A stretch of DNA of 24,000 nucleotides from Bacillus badius NBRC 15713 (GTDB taxonomy: Bacteria > Bacillota > Bacilli > Bacillales > Domibacillaceae), in assembly GCF_001591605.1 (NCBI RefSeq), contig NZ_BCVF01000035.1, positions 8,024-32,023 of the forward strand, in the 5' to 3' direction. Below the pieces are notes generated by a model. The model searched no databases, was not told the DNA's origin, and was given only the letters and a program-made list of their open reading frames with translations. Positions 10,189-20,957 of this stretch are shown one piece after another. Position 1 is the first letter of the stretch. Every line of letters begins with the position of its first letter. The position numbers and the translations under genes were made by a program.

Positions 10189-10881
10189 ATGTATGATGTG
10201 CGTGAATGGCGTCATGTGTTTAAGTTAGATCCAAATAAGGAGATAGATGATGTAGCCCTTGAGCAGATATGCGAGTCGGGAACAGATGCAATTATGATCG
10301 GCGGCAGCGATGGCGTGACCTTGGAAAATGTATTAAATTTAATGGCGCGTGTCCGTCGTTACACGGTTCCTTGTGCATTGGAAATATCAACGATTGAATC
10401 GATTACACCGGGATTTGACCTTTATTTTATCCCAATGGTATTAAACAGCAGCAGCGTTGAGTGGGTAACTGGCCTCCATCATCAAGCAGTGAAGGAATAC
10501 GGAGAGCTGATGGATTGGGAAGAGATTTATATGGAAGGCTACTGTATTGCCAATCCGGATTGCAAAGCGGCAGCGCTAACGGCAGCAAATGCTCAGCTTG
10601 ATATAGAGGACATCACAGCGTATGCGATGATGGCTGAAAAAATGTTTCAGCTGCCTTTGTTTTATTTAGAATACAGCGGAACCTATGGGGATATCACAGC
10701 CGTAAAAGCCGTGCGCGACACGCTGGATAAAACAGTATTTGTGTATGGCGGCGGCATTAGCGGGCCTGAACAGGCAAGAGAAATTGCCCAACATGCAGAT
10801 ATCGTTGTGGTAGGTAATGCTGTATATGAAAATTTAAAGCAAGCACTTCAAACCGTTGCAGCGGTGAAAAATGAGATATAA
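10189..10881 (+). CDS. pcrB: heptaprenylglyceryl phosphate synthase
   Basis: 230 aa. The N-terminus [18 protein letters not shown]...[17 protein letters not shown] is nearly identical to B. subtilis PcrB. Lies directly upstream of pcrA. Confidence 0.93.
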   Translation: MYDVREWRHVFKLDPNKEIDDVALEQICESGTDAIMIGGSDGVTLENVLNLMARVRRYTVPCALEISTIESITPGFDLYFIPMVLNSSSVEWVTGLHHQAVKEYGELMDWEEIYMEGYCIANPDCKAAALTAANAQLDIEDITAYAMMAEKMFQLPLFYLEYSGTYGDITAVKAVRDTLDKTVFVYGGGISGPEQAREIAQHADIVVVGNAVYENLKQALQTVAAVKNEI

Positions 10882-10916
10882 TAAGAACGAATGTTCTAAT
10901 AGGCGGTGAGAGTAGA

Positions 10917-11598
10917 ATGCAATTTTTAACAGAAAAGCTATTAACAGGTTTGAATGAGCAGCAGCAGGAAGCGGTTAAAGCAACGGAAGGACCGCTGCTC
11001 ATCATGGCAGGCGCGGGATCTGGGAAGACGAGAGTGCTGACGCACCGCATTGCCTACTTGATGGTAGAAAAACGGGTGAATCCGTATAACATTCTGGCCA
11101 TTACATTTACTAATAAAGCGGCACGGGAAATGAAGGACCGGATTAGTGCTTTGCTTGGCGGAGCGGCGGAAGAAGTATGGATTTCCACCTTTCACTCTGC
11201 TTGTGTCCGCATATTGCGGCGGGATATTGACCGGATCGGCTATAATCGCAACTTTACGATTTTAGATACAACAGATCAGCAATCGGTGATTAAAGGGATA
11301 TTGAAGGAGAAGAACCTCGATCCGAAAAAGTTTGATCCGCGCGGCATTTTGGCAACGATCAGCTCGGCGAAAAACGAACTGATTGATCCGGAAACCTTCA
11401 GCAAGCGCCAAGGCGGCTATATGGAACAAATAGTGGCTGAAGTCTATACGGAGTATCAAAAACGCCTGAAGAAGAACCAGGCGCTCGACTTCGACGATTT
11501 GATTATGATAACGATCCAGCTATTTCAGCGGGTTCCGGAAGTGCTGGAGTTCTATCAGCGCAAATTTCAATATATTCATATCGATGAGTACCAGGACA
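10917..11598 (+). CDS. pcrA: ATP-dependent DNA helicase PcrA, exon 1 (residues 1-227 plus the first base of the Thr-228 codon)
   Basis: [48 protein letters not shown] (Walker A GAGSGKT) through ...[11 protein letters not shown] (motif II, 11583-11597). The frame then enters GTGCG at 11599 and stops 5 codons later at TAA 11613-11615. Confidence 0.92.
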
Positions 11599-12345
11599 GT
11601 GCGACACGTTGCTAATTGAAAAGATTAGCCACTAGCATCAATGCTAGGAGAACTAAGAATCCGAAGAGTCGAATGAAGGGGTAACGCCCTGAAAGGCTCG
11701 CCTAATCCTCCGAATAGCGTTCAATGGTGCAAAACATTGAGGGTTATAAGCTCGGTGAAGTCGGTTGAAGGTCATCCTAACGTGTTATGACGAGGAAAGC
11801 TCTCTGGGGGCAGAGGGTATGGCTGATAGACCGGGGTTCTACAAGACAATCTATGGTGAGAAATTAGATGTCACAGCCATCTATTGACGAAATTCCGAAT
11901 GTACGGCTCTAGAGGTATAGCTATTCGAAATGGATAGTCCTTCATGTAAGGGTTAGTGAGGTAGAGTAAAATTTGTCTTTATGAAATACCTTATGATGTT
12001 ATAGGCATCATCCAGCTAACAGGGCTAGAGGAATCACCTACGGATTGTGTATGTATAGATAGGATTCTTGGAACGTGGTAAGCCGGCAACGTGGAGAGTT
12101 TGCACTCTATGAAACGGTGGCAGGGAAAGCGCATATTTCGAAAGAATATACGTATAACCTCCTTTATGTCGGTGAAGGTGATGGCATAGTACCAATGAAA
12201 CTGTGATAACAAACAGCGGAGGGATGGCCATCAGTCAACTGTTAGAAGACGACATTATTAACACAGAATTTCAGGTTCGAGTATGACTAAGAGAAATGAA
12301 AGCTGAAATTACAGACCCAATTTGGGGATGTAAAGAGGTGAGTAA

Positions 12346-14226
12346 TTGACTGAAAACCATGCAAAGCCGAAGAAGTTAAAACGTCAAAAGCTGAGAAACA
12401 ATGAGTATTACAACACGCAGGACATGTTTGACAAGCTATATCAGCTAAGTTCGGAAGGAAAAACTTTTAGTAAGTTATATGAATTAGTCGTTCACCCAGC
12501 CAATGTCAAACTTGCTTTCCGAAACATAAAGAAAAACAAGGGAAGTAAGTCGGCGGGAGTGAACCACCACACTATATTCGCAATCGGACTCAGGAGCCCT
12601 GATACGCTTGTACAATACGTCAAAAATCGCTTAGAGGATTATAAACCTCATAGAGTAAAGCGCAAGGAAATCCCTAAACCAAGTGGTGATATTCGACCAT
12701 TAGGAATTCCCACTATCGAAGACAGACTTATTCAGCAATGCTTATTACAAGTTCTTGAACCTATATGCGAAGCTCGCTTTCATAAACATAGCTATGGATT
12801 TCGACCTCATCGGAGTCAAATCCACGCATATTCAAGGGCTGTAACATTGGCTAACAAAAACAAATTACATTATGTAGTAGATGTTGATATTAAAGGTTTC
12901 TTCGATAACGTAGACCATGGCAAGCTGCTTAAACAACTATGGACGATAGGAATTAGGGATAAACGAATACTTTCGATTATTAGCAAATTGCTTAAAGCTG
13001 AAATTAAAGGCATTGGAAAGCCTGCAAAGGAAACGCCACAAGGAGGAATTATTTCTCCCTTACTTTCAAACGTTGTATTGAATGAATTCGACTGGTGGAT
13101 CAGCAATCAGTGGGAAACATTTAAAACGAGGAAGGATCACACAAAAATGCGTGTAATCGGTGGAAAACAGCGATTTGACCAAACGGTAAAATACGCAACC
13201 CTTAAAAGGTATACCAAATTAAAGGAAATGTTTATCGTAAGATATGCAGATGACTTTAAAATCTTTTGTAGAAACCACAAAACAGCATTTATTGTATTTG
13301 AAGCTGTTAAGAAGTGGTTAAGCGAAAGGTTAGGCCTTGAAATCAGCCATGAAAAATCGAGAGTCGTCAACTTGCGCAAGAACTACTCAGAGTTTCTTGG
13401 GTTTAAATTCAAAGTAGTTCAAAAAGGGAAAAAGCGTGTTGTTAAATCGCATATGTCGGATAATTCAAGACGCAAGGTGATCGAGAAAATTAAAGCGAAA
13501 GCTGAATCTATTCGCAGGAATCAGAGTAAAGCTGAAGTGACTAAATTTAATTCGACCATCTTGGGAATCCGCAATTATTATCGTTATGCGACTCACACTG
13601 CCAAGGATTTCAGTGAAATTTCTTACTCAGTCAAGCGAATCCTGTATAACAAACTTAAAAAAGTAAAGAGCAACAAGGGGTGTATTACTCCGTTCTTTCA
13701 AAAAGCATATAAAGATTATCTGAATAAAAAGAAAATCTTTGCTTGTGGAATGATTTTATTCCCAATAGATGGAGTAAAGCATAAAAGCCCTTTGAACTTC
13801 ACTCAGGAGAAAAATTCATATACCGCAGATGGAAGAGTCTTGGTTCACAACAGCCAAGAAGCTGTACCATCCTTTATGGTGCATTACTTGATGGAGAATC
13901 CAATCAGAAGTGAAAGTATGGAGTATAACGATAATCGACTGTCAAAATATATCGCTCAACTTGGAAAATGTGCTATAACCAGTAGAGCGTTAGTCATCGG
14001 AGAAATGGAACTCCATCACAAGAAGCCAAGAAAAATGGGCGGTAAGGATACTTATCAAAACCTTATATTTGTATGTAAGGAAGTCCATAAACTTATCCAT
14101 GCGGTAAATGAAAGAACTATTAGCAAGTACCTCAACATCTTAAAGCTCAATGAGGAGCAGCTGAGTAAAGTTAACACTCTTCGCAAAAAAGTGGGGAACT
14201 GTGTAATTGATAATGTAGCGAGCTAG
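12346..14226 (+). CDS. group II intron-encoded protein: reverse transcriptase / maturase / DNA-binding / HNH endonuclease
   Basis: 626 aa, TTG start 5 nt after AAAGAGGTG. RT motifs: AFRNIKKNKGSKSAGVN (RT0), IPKPSGDIRPLGIPTIEDRLIQQ (RT1-2), VDVDIKGFFDNVDH (RT3), TPQGGIISPLLSNVVLNEFD (RT4), VRYADDFKIFC (RT5, YADD), FLGFKF (RT7). Maturase X region (ILGIRNYYRYA). C-terminal HNH (ELHHKKPRKMGGKDTYQNLIFVCKEVHKLIH). Confidence 0.93.
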   Translation: MTENHAKPKKLKRQKLRNNEYYNTQDMFDKLYQLSSEGKTFSKLYELVVHPANVKLAFRNIKKNKGSKSAGVNHHTIFAIGLRSPDTLVQYVKNRLEDYKPHRVKRKEIPKPSGDIRPLGIPTIEDRLIQQCLLQVLEPICEARFHKHSYGFRPHRSQIHAYSRAVTLANKNKLHYVVDVDIKGFFDNVDHGKLLKQLWTIGIRDKRILSIISKLLKAEIKGIGKPAKETPQGGIISPLLSNVVLNEFDWWISNQWETFKTRKDHTKMRVIGGKQRFDQTVKYATLKRYTKLKEMFIVRYADDFKIFCRNHKTAFIVFEAVKKWLSERLGLEISHEKSRVVNLRKNYSEFLGFKFKVVQKGKKRVVKSHMSDNSRRKVIEKIKAKAESIRRNQSKAEVTKFNSTILGIRNYYRYATHTAKDFSEISYSVKRILYNKLKKVKSNKGCITPFFQKAYKDYLNKKKIFACGMILFPIDGVKHKSPLNFTQEKNSYTADGRVLVHNSQEAVPSFMVHYLMENPIRSESMEYNDNRLSKYIAQLGKCAITSRALVIGEMELHHKKPRKMGGKDTYQNLIFVCKEVHKLIHAVNERTISKYLNILKLNEEQLSKVNTLRKKVGNCVIDNVAS

Positions 14227-14237
14227 TAGTTGATGGG

Positions 14238-14271
14238 GCGCCGTATGAGGTGAAAGTCTCACGTACGGTGC
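14238..14271 (+). ncRNA. group II intron domain V (catalytic hairpin)
   Basis: GCGCCGTATGAGGTGAAAGTCTCACGTACGGTGC, 34 nt. It folds like canonical domain V (GAGCCGUAUGCGAUGAAAGUCGCACGUACGGUUC): GAAA tetraloop, AC bulge, G-U wobble in the triad. The triad reads CGC with a compensatory G on the 3' strand. Confidence 0.85.
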
Positions 14272-14320
14272 TAAGCGGGGGAAAAGATGGAGATGATTTC
14301 AAAGTCTTACCTATCGCAAC

Positions 14321-17867
<3,547 letters not shown>

Positions 17868-17879
17868 GAGGTGGCTCTT

Positions 17880-19049
17880 TTGAATAAAAAAATTTTTTCG
17901 GCGGCCCTTGCAGCGATACTTCTTGTGAGTGGGTGCGCGCCGAAATTAGAGAAGAAAGAAGAAGTGATCCGGGGAGACGGGAAGCAGGAGAAAGCGATTA
18001 TTCCCAACTACCAAGTTTCTGAGAATTTTTACCGGACGATCATCCCCTTTAAGCCGGGAAAGGCAAGGGGAATGGTGGTCTCTAATCTGAATACACGCTA
18101 TGACATTGTAGAGTTTGAAACGGGGTTAATGAGAATTGCCCAGGACAATTTTTCTCCGAAGAATTATTTGTTCCAAGAAGGGCAAATGTTAGATGGAGAT
18201 GTCATCAAAGCGTGGCTGAAGCGGAAGTATACCGATGAACAGCTCAAGAAAAAAGAACTGAAGCCGGAAGAGAACCTGGGGCTGAATCCGATAGATGATG
18301 AAAAAGGCTCTGTGGAGCAGCGGAATAAAAAGAGTCCGATTTATTTGTCGCATATTATGGAGCACGATTATTTAACTAAAACAGAAAACAATTCCTTGCA
18401 GTTATCGGGAGCGGTTATCGGCCTGGCTTTGAACTCAGTGCATTATTACACGAAAGAGAAATACGGGGCGGTATATGAAAATAAACTGGCCGATGAAGTC
18501 GTTGAGCAGGAAGGGAAGAAAATAGCGGAAGAGGTAGCCAAACGAGTCCGGCAAACAAAAGGGTTAAAGGATGTGCCTGTCACGATTGCTTTATTTAAGC
18601 AGGCGCCGAAAAACTCAGTTGTGCCCGGCAATTTTATCGCTTATACCCATCTTGATGCCGATGAAAGCGACATTAGAGGATGGGAGAAGGTGAAGGAGAA
18701 ATATTACCTGTTCCCATCGCCTGAAGCGGAAAAAGACCATAGGGATGATATGACCTACTTTTTGAACTTCAAGCAGGATTTGGAGAAGGAATTCAAAAAC
18801 TATAATGGCGTTGTCGGTACCGCTCTCTATAATGGAGAAGAGCTTGTTGACTTGAAAATCAAAATCCCTATTCAATTTTACGGAAAAGCCGAGGCCATTG
18901 GCTTTACACAGTATGTGACAGGGCTAGTGATGGATCACTTCCCGGCCTATATCCCAATCGAGTTAACGATTTCCTCAGTCAATGGGCCAGAAGCGTTGAT
19001 TGTGAAAAAAGCGAACGAGAAAGAACCGCAAGTGCATATATATGAGTAA
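17880..19049 (+). CDS. camS: CamS family sex-pheromone lipoprotein (YerH-like)
   Basis: Signal peptide and lipobox (NKKIFSAALAAILLVSG-C). About 390 aa. Position after ligA matches B. subtilis yerH. TTG 17880 follows AAGAGGTGG (17866-17874). The GTG 17871 of the ORF track lies inside that RBS. Confidence 0.8.
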   Translation: MNKKIFSAALAAILLVSGCAPKLEKKEEVIRGDGKQEKAIIPNYQVSENFYRTIIPFKPGKARGMVVSNLNTRYDIVEFETGLMRIAQDNFSPKNYLFQEGQMLDGDVIKAWLKRKYTDEQLKKKELKPEENLGLNPIDDEKGSVEQRNKKSPIYLSHIMEHDYLTKTENNSLQLSGAVIGLALNSVHYYTKEKYGAVYENKLADEVVEQEGKKIAEEVAKRVRQTKGLKDVPVTIALFKQAPKNSVVPGNFIAYTHLDADESDIRGWEKVKEKYYLFPSPEAEKDHRDDMTYFLNFKQDLEKEFKNYNGVVGTALYNGEELVDLKIKIPIQFYGKAEAIGFTQYVTGLVMDHFPAYIPIELTISSVNGPEALIVKKANEKEPQVHIYE

Positions 19050-19078
19050 CTGAAAAGAGGGGACAGACCCTGCTTCAG

Positions 19079-19126
19079 ACCGCAGGCAAACTTGAATGGA
19101 AATCGAGTTTGCCTGCGGTTTTTTTT
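19079..19126 (+). terminator. rho-independent terminator of the pcrB-pcrA-ligA-camS operon
   Basis: Perfect 14-bp stem: ACCGCAGGCAAACT (19079-19092) pairs with AGTTTGCCTGCGGT (19106-19119). 13-nt loop, then a T-run to 19126. Confidence 0.9.
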
Positions 19127-19311
19127 GTTGCCTGCGAACGCGGGCGGAGGATCGTTAGTTCCATCTCCCTGTTTGCAAGCCGATGTCTGGGAGCAGTAGC
19201 CGGCTAGGTCTGGAAGAGATCTGAGAAGACTTGAATTATAGATTTAGAGCCGTTTGCCATTCTCTCTGAACTCTTGAAGTCTAACAAACACCTCTGTTAT
19301 GAAAAGGCCGT

Positions 19312-19443
19312 TCATTTATTTTTGATTTCCTCCAGAAGGGAAATCATTTTTTCATTTTGTTCAATTATCATTTGATTTTGCTTTCTCAGTTTTGTGAAGT
19401 CAAATAAATAAACTAATAGGATCGCTATAACGAGGAATCCCAT
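19312..19443 (-). CDS. small (43 aa) single-pass membrane protein, hypothetical
   Basis: MGFLVIAILLVYLFDFTKLRKQNQMIIEQNEKMISLLEEIKNK: an N-terminal hydrophobic helix and a charged C-terminal helix. AGGAG RBS (19451-19455, minus strand) is 7 nt before ATG 19443, with a TGgTATAAT promoter just upstream. The 71-aa ORF-track version would start inside its own promoter. Confidence 0.6.
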   Translation of the reverse strand: MGFLVIAILLVYLFDFTKLRKQNQMIIEQNEKMISLLEEIKNK

Positions 19444-19473
19444 ACACTCACTCCTATATCTTCTTTTTTTCAA

Positions 19474-19482
19474 ATTATACCA
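19474..19482 (-). promoter_or_regulatory. extended -10 promoter (TGgTATAAT on the minus strand) for the small membrane-protein gene
   Basis: The minus strand reads AAAAAATGGTATAATTTG. TATAAT is the complement of 19474-19479 and TG is the complement of 19481-19482. This predicts a leader of about 24 nt containing the RBS. Confidence 0.5.
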
Positions 19483-19607
19483 TTTTTTGTGACGGATGGA
19501 TTGGCTCAGCTTTGCAGCCAAGACCATGGAAAGATAAAGAGAATTTTTGATGCAAAGGGACGAAAACGTTAAATTCGGCTGCTGTTTTTAAATTTATTTA
19601 AAAAAGG

Positions 19608-19636
19608 TTGATATTTCCTGAAAACTGTATTATAAA
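19608..19636 (+). promoter_or_regulatory. sigma-A type promoter of the GntR-ABC operon
   Basis: -35 TTGATA (19608-19613), 17-nt spacer, -10 TATAAA (19631-19636). About 43 nt upstream of ATG 19679. Confidence 0.55.
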
Positions 19637-19649
19637 TATTAATACAGTT
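19623..19649. promoter_or_regulatory. perfect 10-bp inverted repeat, candidate autoregulatory operator of the GntR/YtrA-type repressor
   Basis: AACTGTATTA (19623-19632), TAAATAT spacer, TAATACAGTT (19640-19649). It spans the -10 hexamer and the predicted transcription start. Confidence 0.55.
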
Positions 19650-19678
19650 AATACGGTTTGCCGAAAGGAAGCGAAGCG

Positions 19679-20071
19679 ATGTTTACGATTGATACGAGGA
19701 GCCGTGTGCCGATTTATGAGCAGCTGATGAGTAAGTTAAAGGAACTGATCATTCGCGAAGTGTGGAAGGAAGACGAAAAGCTGCCGTCTGTACGGTCACT
19801 GGCTCAGGATTTGACAATAAATCCTAATACGATTCAAAAGGCGTACCGCGAATTGGAGCGGGAAGGATATATTTATTCTGTCCCGGGCAAGGGAAGCTTT
19901 GTCGCCCCTGTAAAAAAAGAAATCAGCGAGGAGCGGATGATGGTGCTGAAGAAGGAACTGGAGAGGGTTGTAGGCGAGATTTTATTTTTAGGCGTATCAA
20001 AAGAGGATGTTATTCGTTTGATCGAAACGATGGATGAGCCGGAAAGGGGGAGCGAGGATGATTACAGCTGA
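19679..20071 (+). CDS. GntR family transcriptional regulator (short YtrA-like subfamily)
   Basis: About 130 aa. Winged-HTH PIYEQLMSKLKELI...KLPSVRSLAQDLTINPNTIQKAYRELEREGYIYSVPGKGSFV followed by a short C-terminal helical region. ATG 19679 is preferred over TTG 19658 (RBS AAAGGAAG). Confidence 0.85.
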   Translation: MFTIDTRSRVPIYEQLMSKLKELIIREVWKEDEKLPSVRSLAQDLTINPNTIQKAYRELEREGYIYSVPGKGSFVAPVKKEISEERMMVLKKELERVVGEILFLGVSKEDVIRLIETMDEPERGSEDDYS

Positions 20072-20957
20072 AAACATATCGAAGCGATTCGGCCGCTATG
20101 AAGCGGTAAAGGATGTATCCATTCATGTGAAAAAAGGATCTATCTACGGGCTGCTTGGCTCCAATGGGGCTGGAAAGACGACCTTTTTAAAAATTATTAC
20201 CGGAATCATGCGGCCAGATAAGGGAGCAGCAAAAATTGGGGAAGCAGCCGTCTATGAGCAGCCGGAGGTGAAGGAACGAACAATATTTATCCCGGATCAG
20301 CCCTATTTCTTTCAGCAATCGACGCTGATGCAGATGGCAGCCTTTTATAAAGCGGTGTACACACGCTGGAATGACCGGCGCTTCGTTCAGCTGTATGAGC
20401 ATTTCGCTCTGGACCCGCATGCCAAGCTTTCACGGATGTCTAAAGGGATGCAGCGGCAGGCGGCCTTTATCTTAACTTTATCAGCGATGCCGGACGTGCT
20501 TGTGCTTGATGAACCATTTGACGGTCTTGATCCGGTTGTGCGCCAGCAAGTAAAGAACCTCTTGATCCAAGATGTAAGCGAGCGGGAAATGACAGTGATT
20601 GTCTCCTCCCACAACCTTCGCGAGATGGAGGACTTTTGTGACAGTGTCGGTATTATGCATAAAGGCGGTCTGTTGTTTGAACGTGAATTAGAAGAATTAA
20701 AGACGGATATTTGCAAGGTGCAGGTGGCTTTCCGGCAAGTGCCTGACCAGTCGTTCTTGGACGGCTTGAATCTTCTTCATTATGAAAAACGGGGCCGCGT
20801 GTTTATTTGCATCGTCCGCGGACAGGAGGAGGACATCGAACGGCATGTTCAATCATTTGAACCGGCTATTTTCGATATCCTGCCGCTGACGCTTGAAGAG
20901 ATATTTACGTATGAAATGGGGAGTGTCGGCTATGAAATCCGGAATCTTATCGTTTAA
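20058..20957 (+). CDS. ABC transporter ATP-binding protein
   Basis: Walker A GSNGAGKTT, signature-like MSKGMQRQ, Walker B VLVLDEPFDGLD, H-loop SSHNL, plus a C-terminal extension of about 80 aa. ATG 20058 follows GGGGGAG and overlaps the GntR stop by 14 nt. Confidence 0.9.
   Translation: MITAENISKRFGRYEAVKDVSIHVKKGSIYGLLGSNGAGKTTFLKIITGIMRPDKGAAKIGEAAVYEQPEVKERTIFIPDQPYFFQQSTLMQMAAFYKAVYTRWNDRRFVQLYEHFALDPHAKLSRMSKGMQRQAAFILTLSAMPDVLVLDEPFDGLDPVVRQQVKNLLIQDVSEREMTVIVSSHNLREMEDFCDSVGIMHKGGLLFERELEELKTDICKVQVAFRQVPDQSFLDGLNLLHYEKRGRVFICIVRGQEEDIERHVQSFEPAIFDILPLTLEEIFTYEMGSVGYEIRNLIV

Larger units (their letters stand above)
11599..14320 (+). mobile_element. group II intron (2722 nt) with an internal RT/maturase/HNH ORF, inserted in pcrA
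   Basis: 5' end GTGCG (11599-11603). About 750 nt with no + strand ORF precedes the IEP ORF in the domain IV position. Canonical domain V at 14238-14271. Domain VI helix about 14275-14317 with a bulged A at 14313 flanked by G-U pairs. 3' end ...GCAAC (AY rule). Removing it restores the pcrA frame exactly. Confidence 0.93.

Noticed and set aside
10917-11615. ORF-track product ending ...[10 protein letters not shown], read as a truncated stand-alone helicase or pcrA pseudogene
   Set aside because: The last five codons and the stop are intron sequence (GTGCGACACGTTGCTAA). The truncation is explained fully by the group II intron, and the frame is restored by splicing to 14321.
11991-12231. Two minus-strand ORFs (73 and 65 aa) inside the intron 5' region
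   Set aside because: They lie antisense to ribozyme domains I-III, have no RBS and no recognisable protein features. This is most likely chance ORFs in structured RNA sequence.
14287-14320. N-terminal [11 protein letters not shown] extension of the second helicase ORF (ATG 14287) as a genuine start
   Set aside because: These codons lie in intron domain VI and have no counterpart in PcrA. Homology starts at NRAQY, right after the predicted 3' splice site. No RBS precedes this ATG.
11599-14320. Calling the intron class IIC because domain V has a CGC triad
   Set aside because: The other features contradict IIC: about 750 nt of RNA upstream of the ORF, an HNH endonuclease domain, and insertion inside a coding motif rather than after a terminator hairpin. 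The class is left open.
19127-19311. 185-nt ORF-free stretch after the camS terminator, including a second GCCTGCG-containing mini-hairpin (19130-19145), considered as an sRNA or gene remnant
   Set aside because: I see no promoter, terminator or conserved-looking structure, and no translatable remnant. The evidence is too thin to call a feature.
19444-19527. The 71-aa version of the minus-strand small ORF (start at 19527)
   Set aside because: The extension is basic and non-hydrophobic and has no RBS. It also overlaps the TGgTATAAT promoter and AGGAG RBS that serve the internal ATG at 19443.
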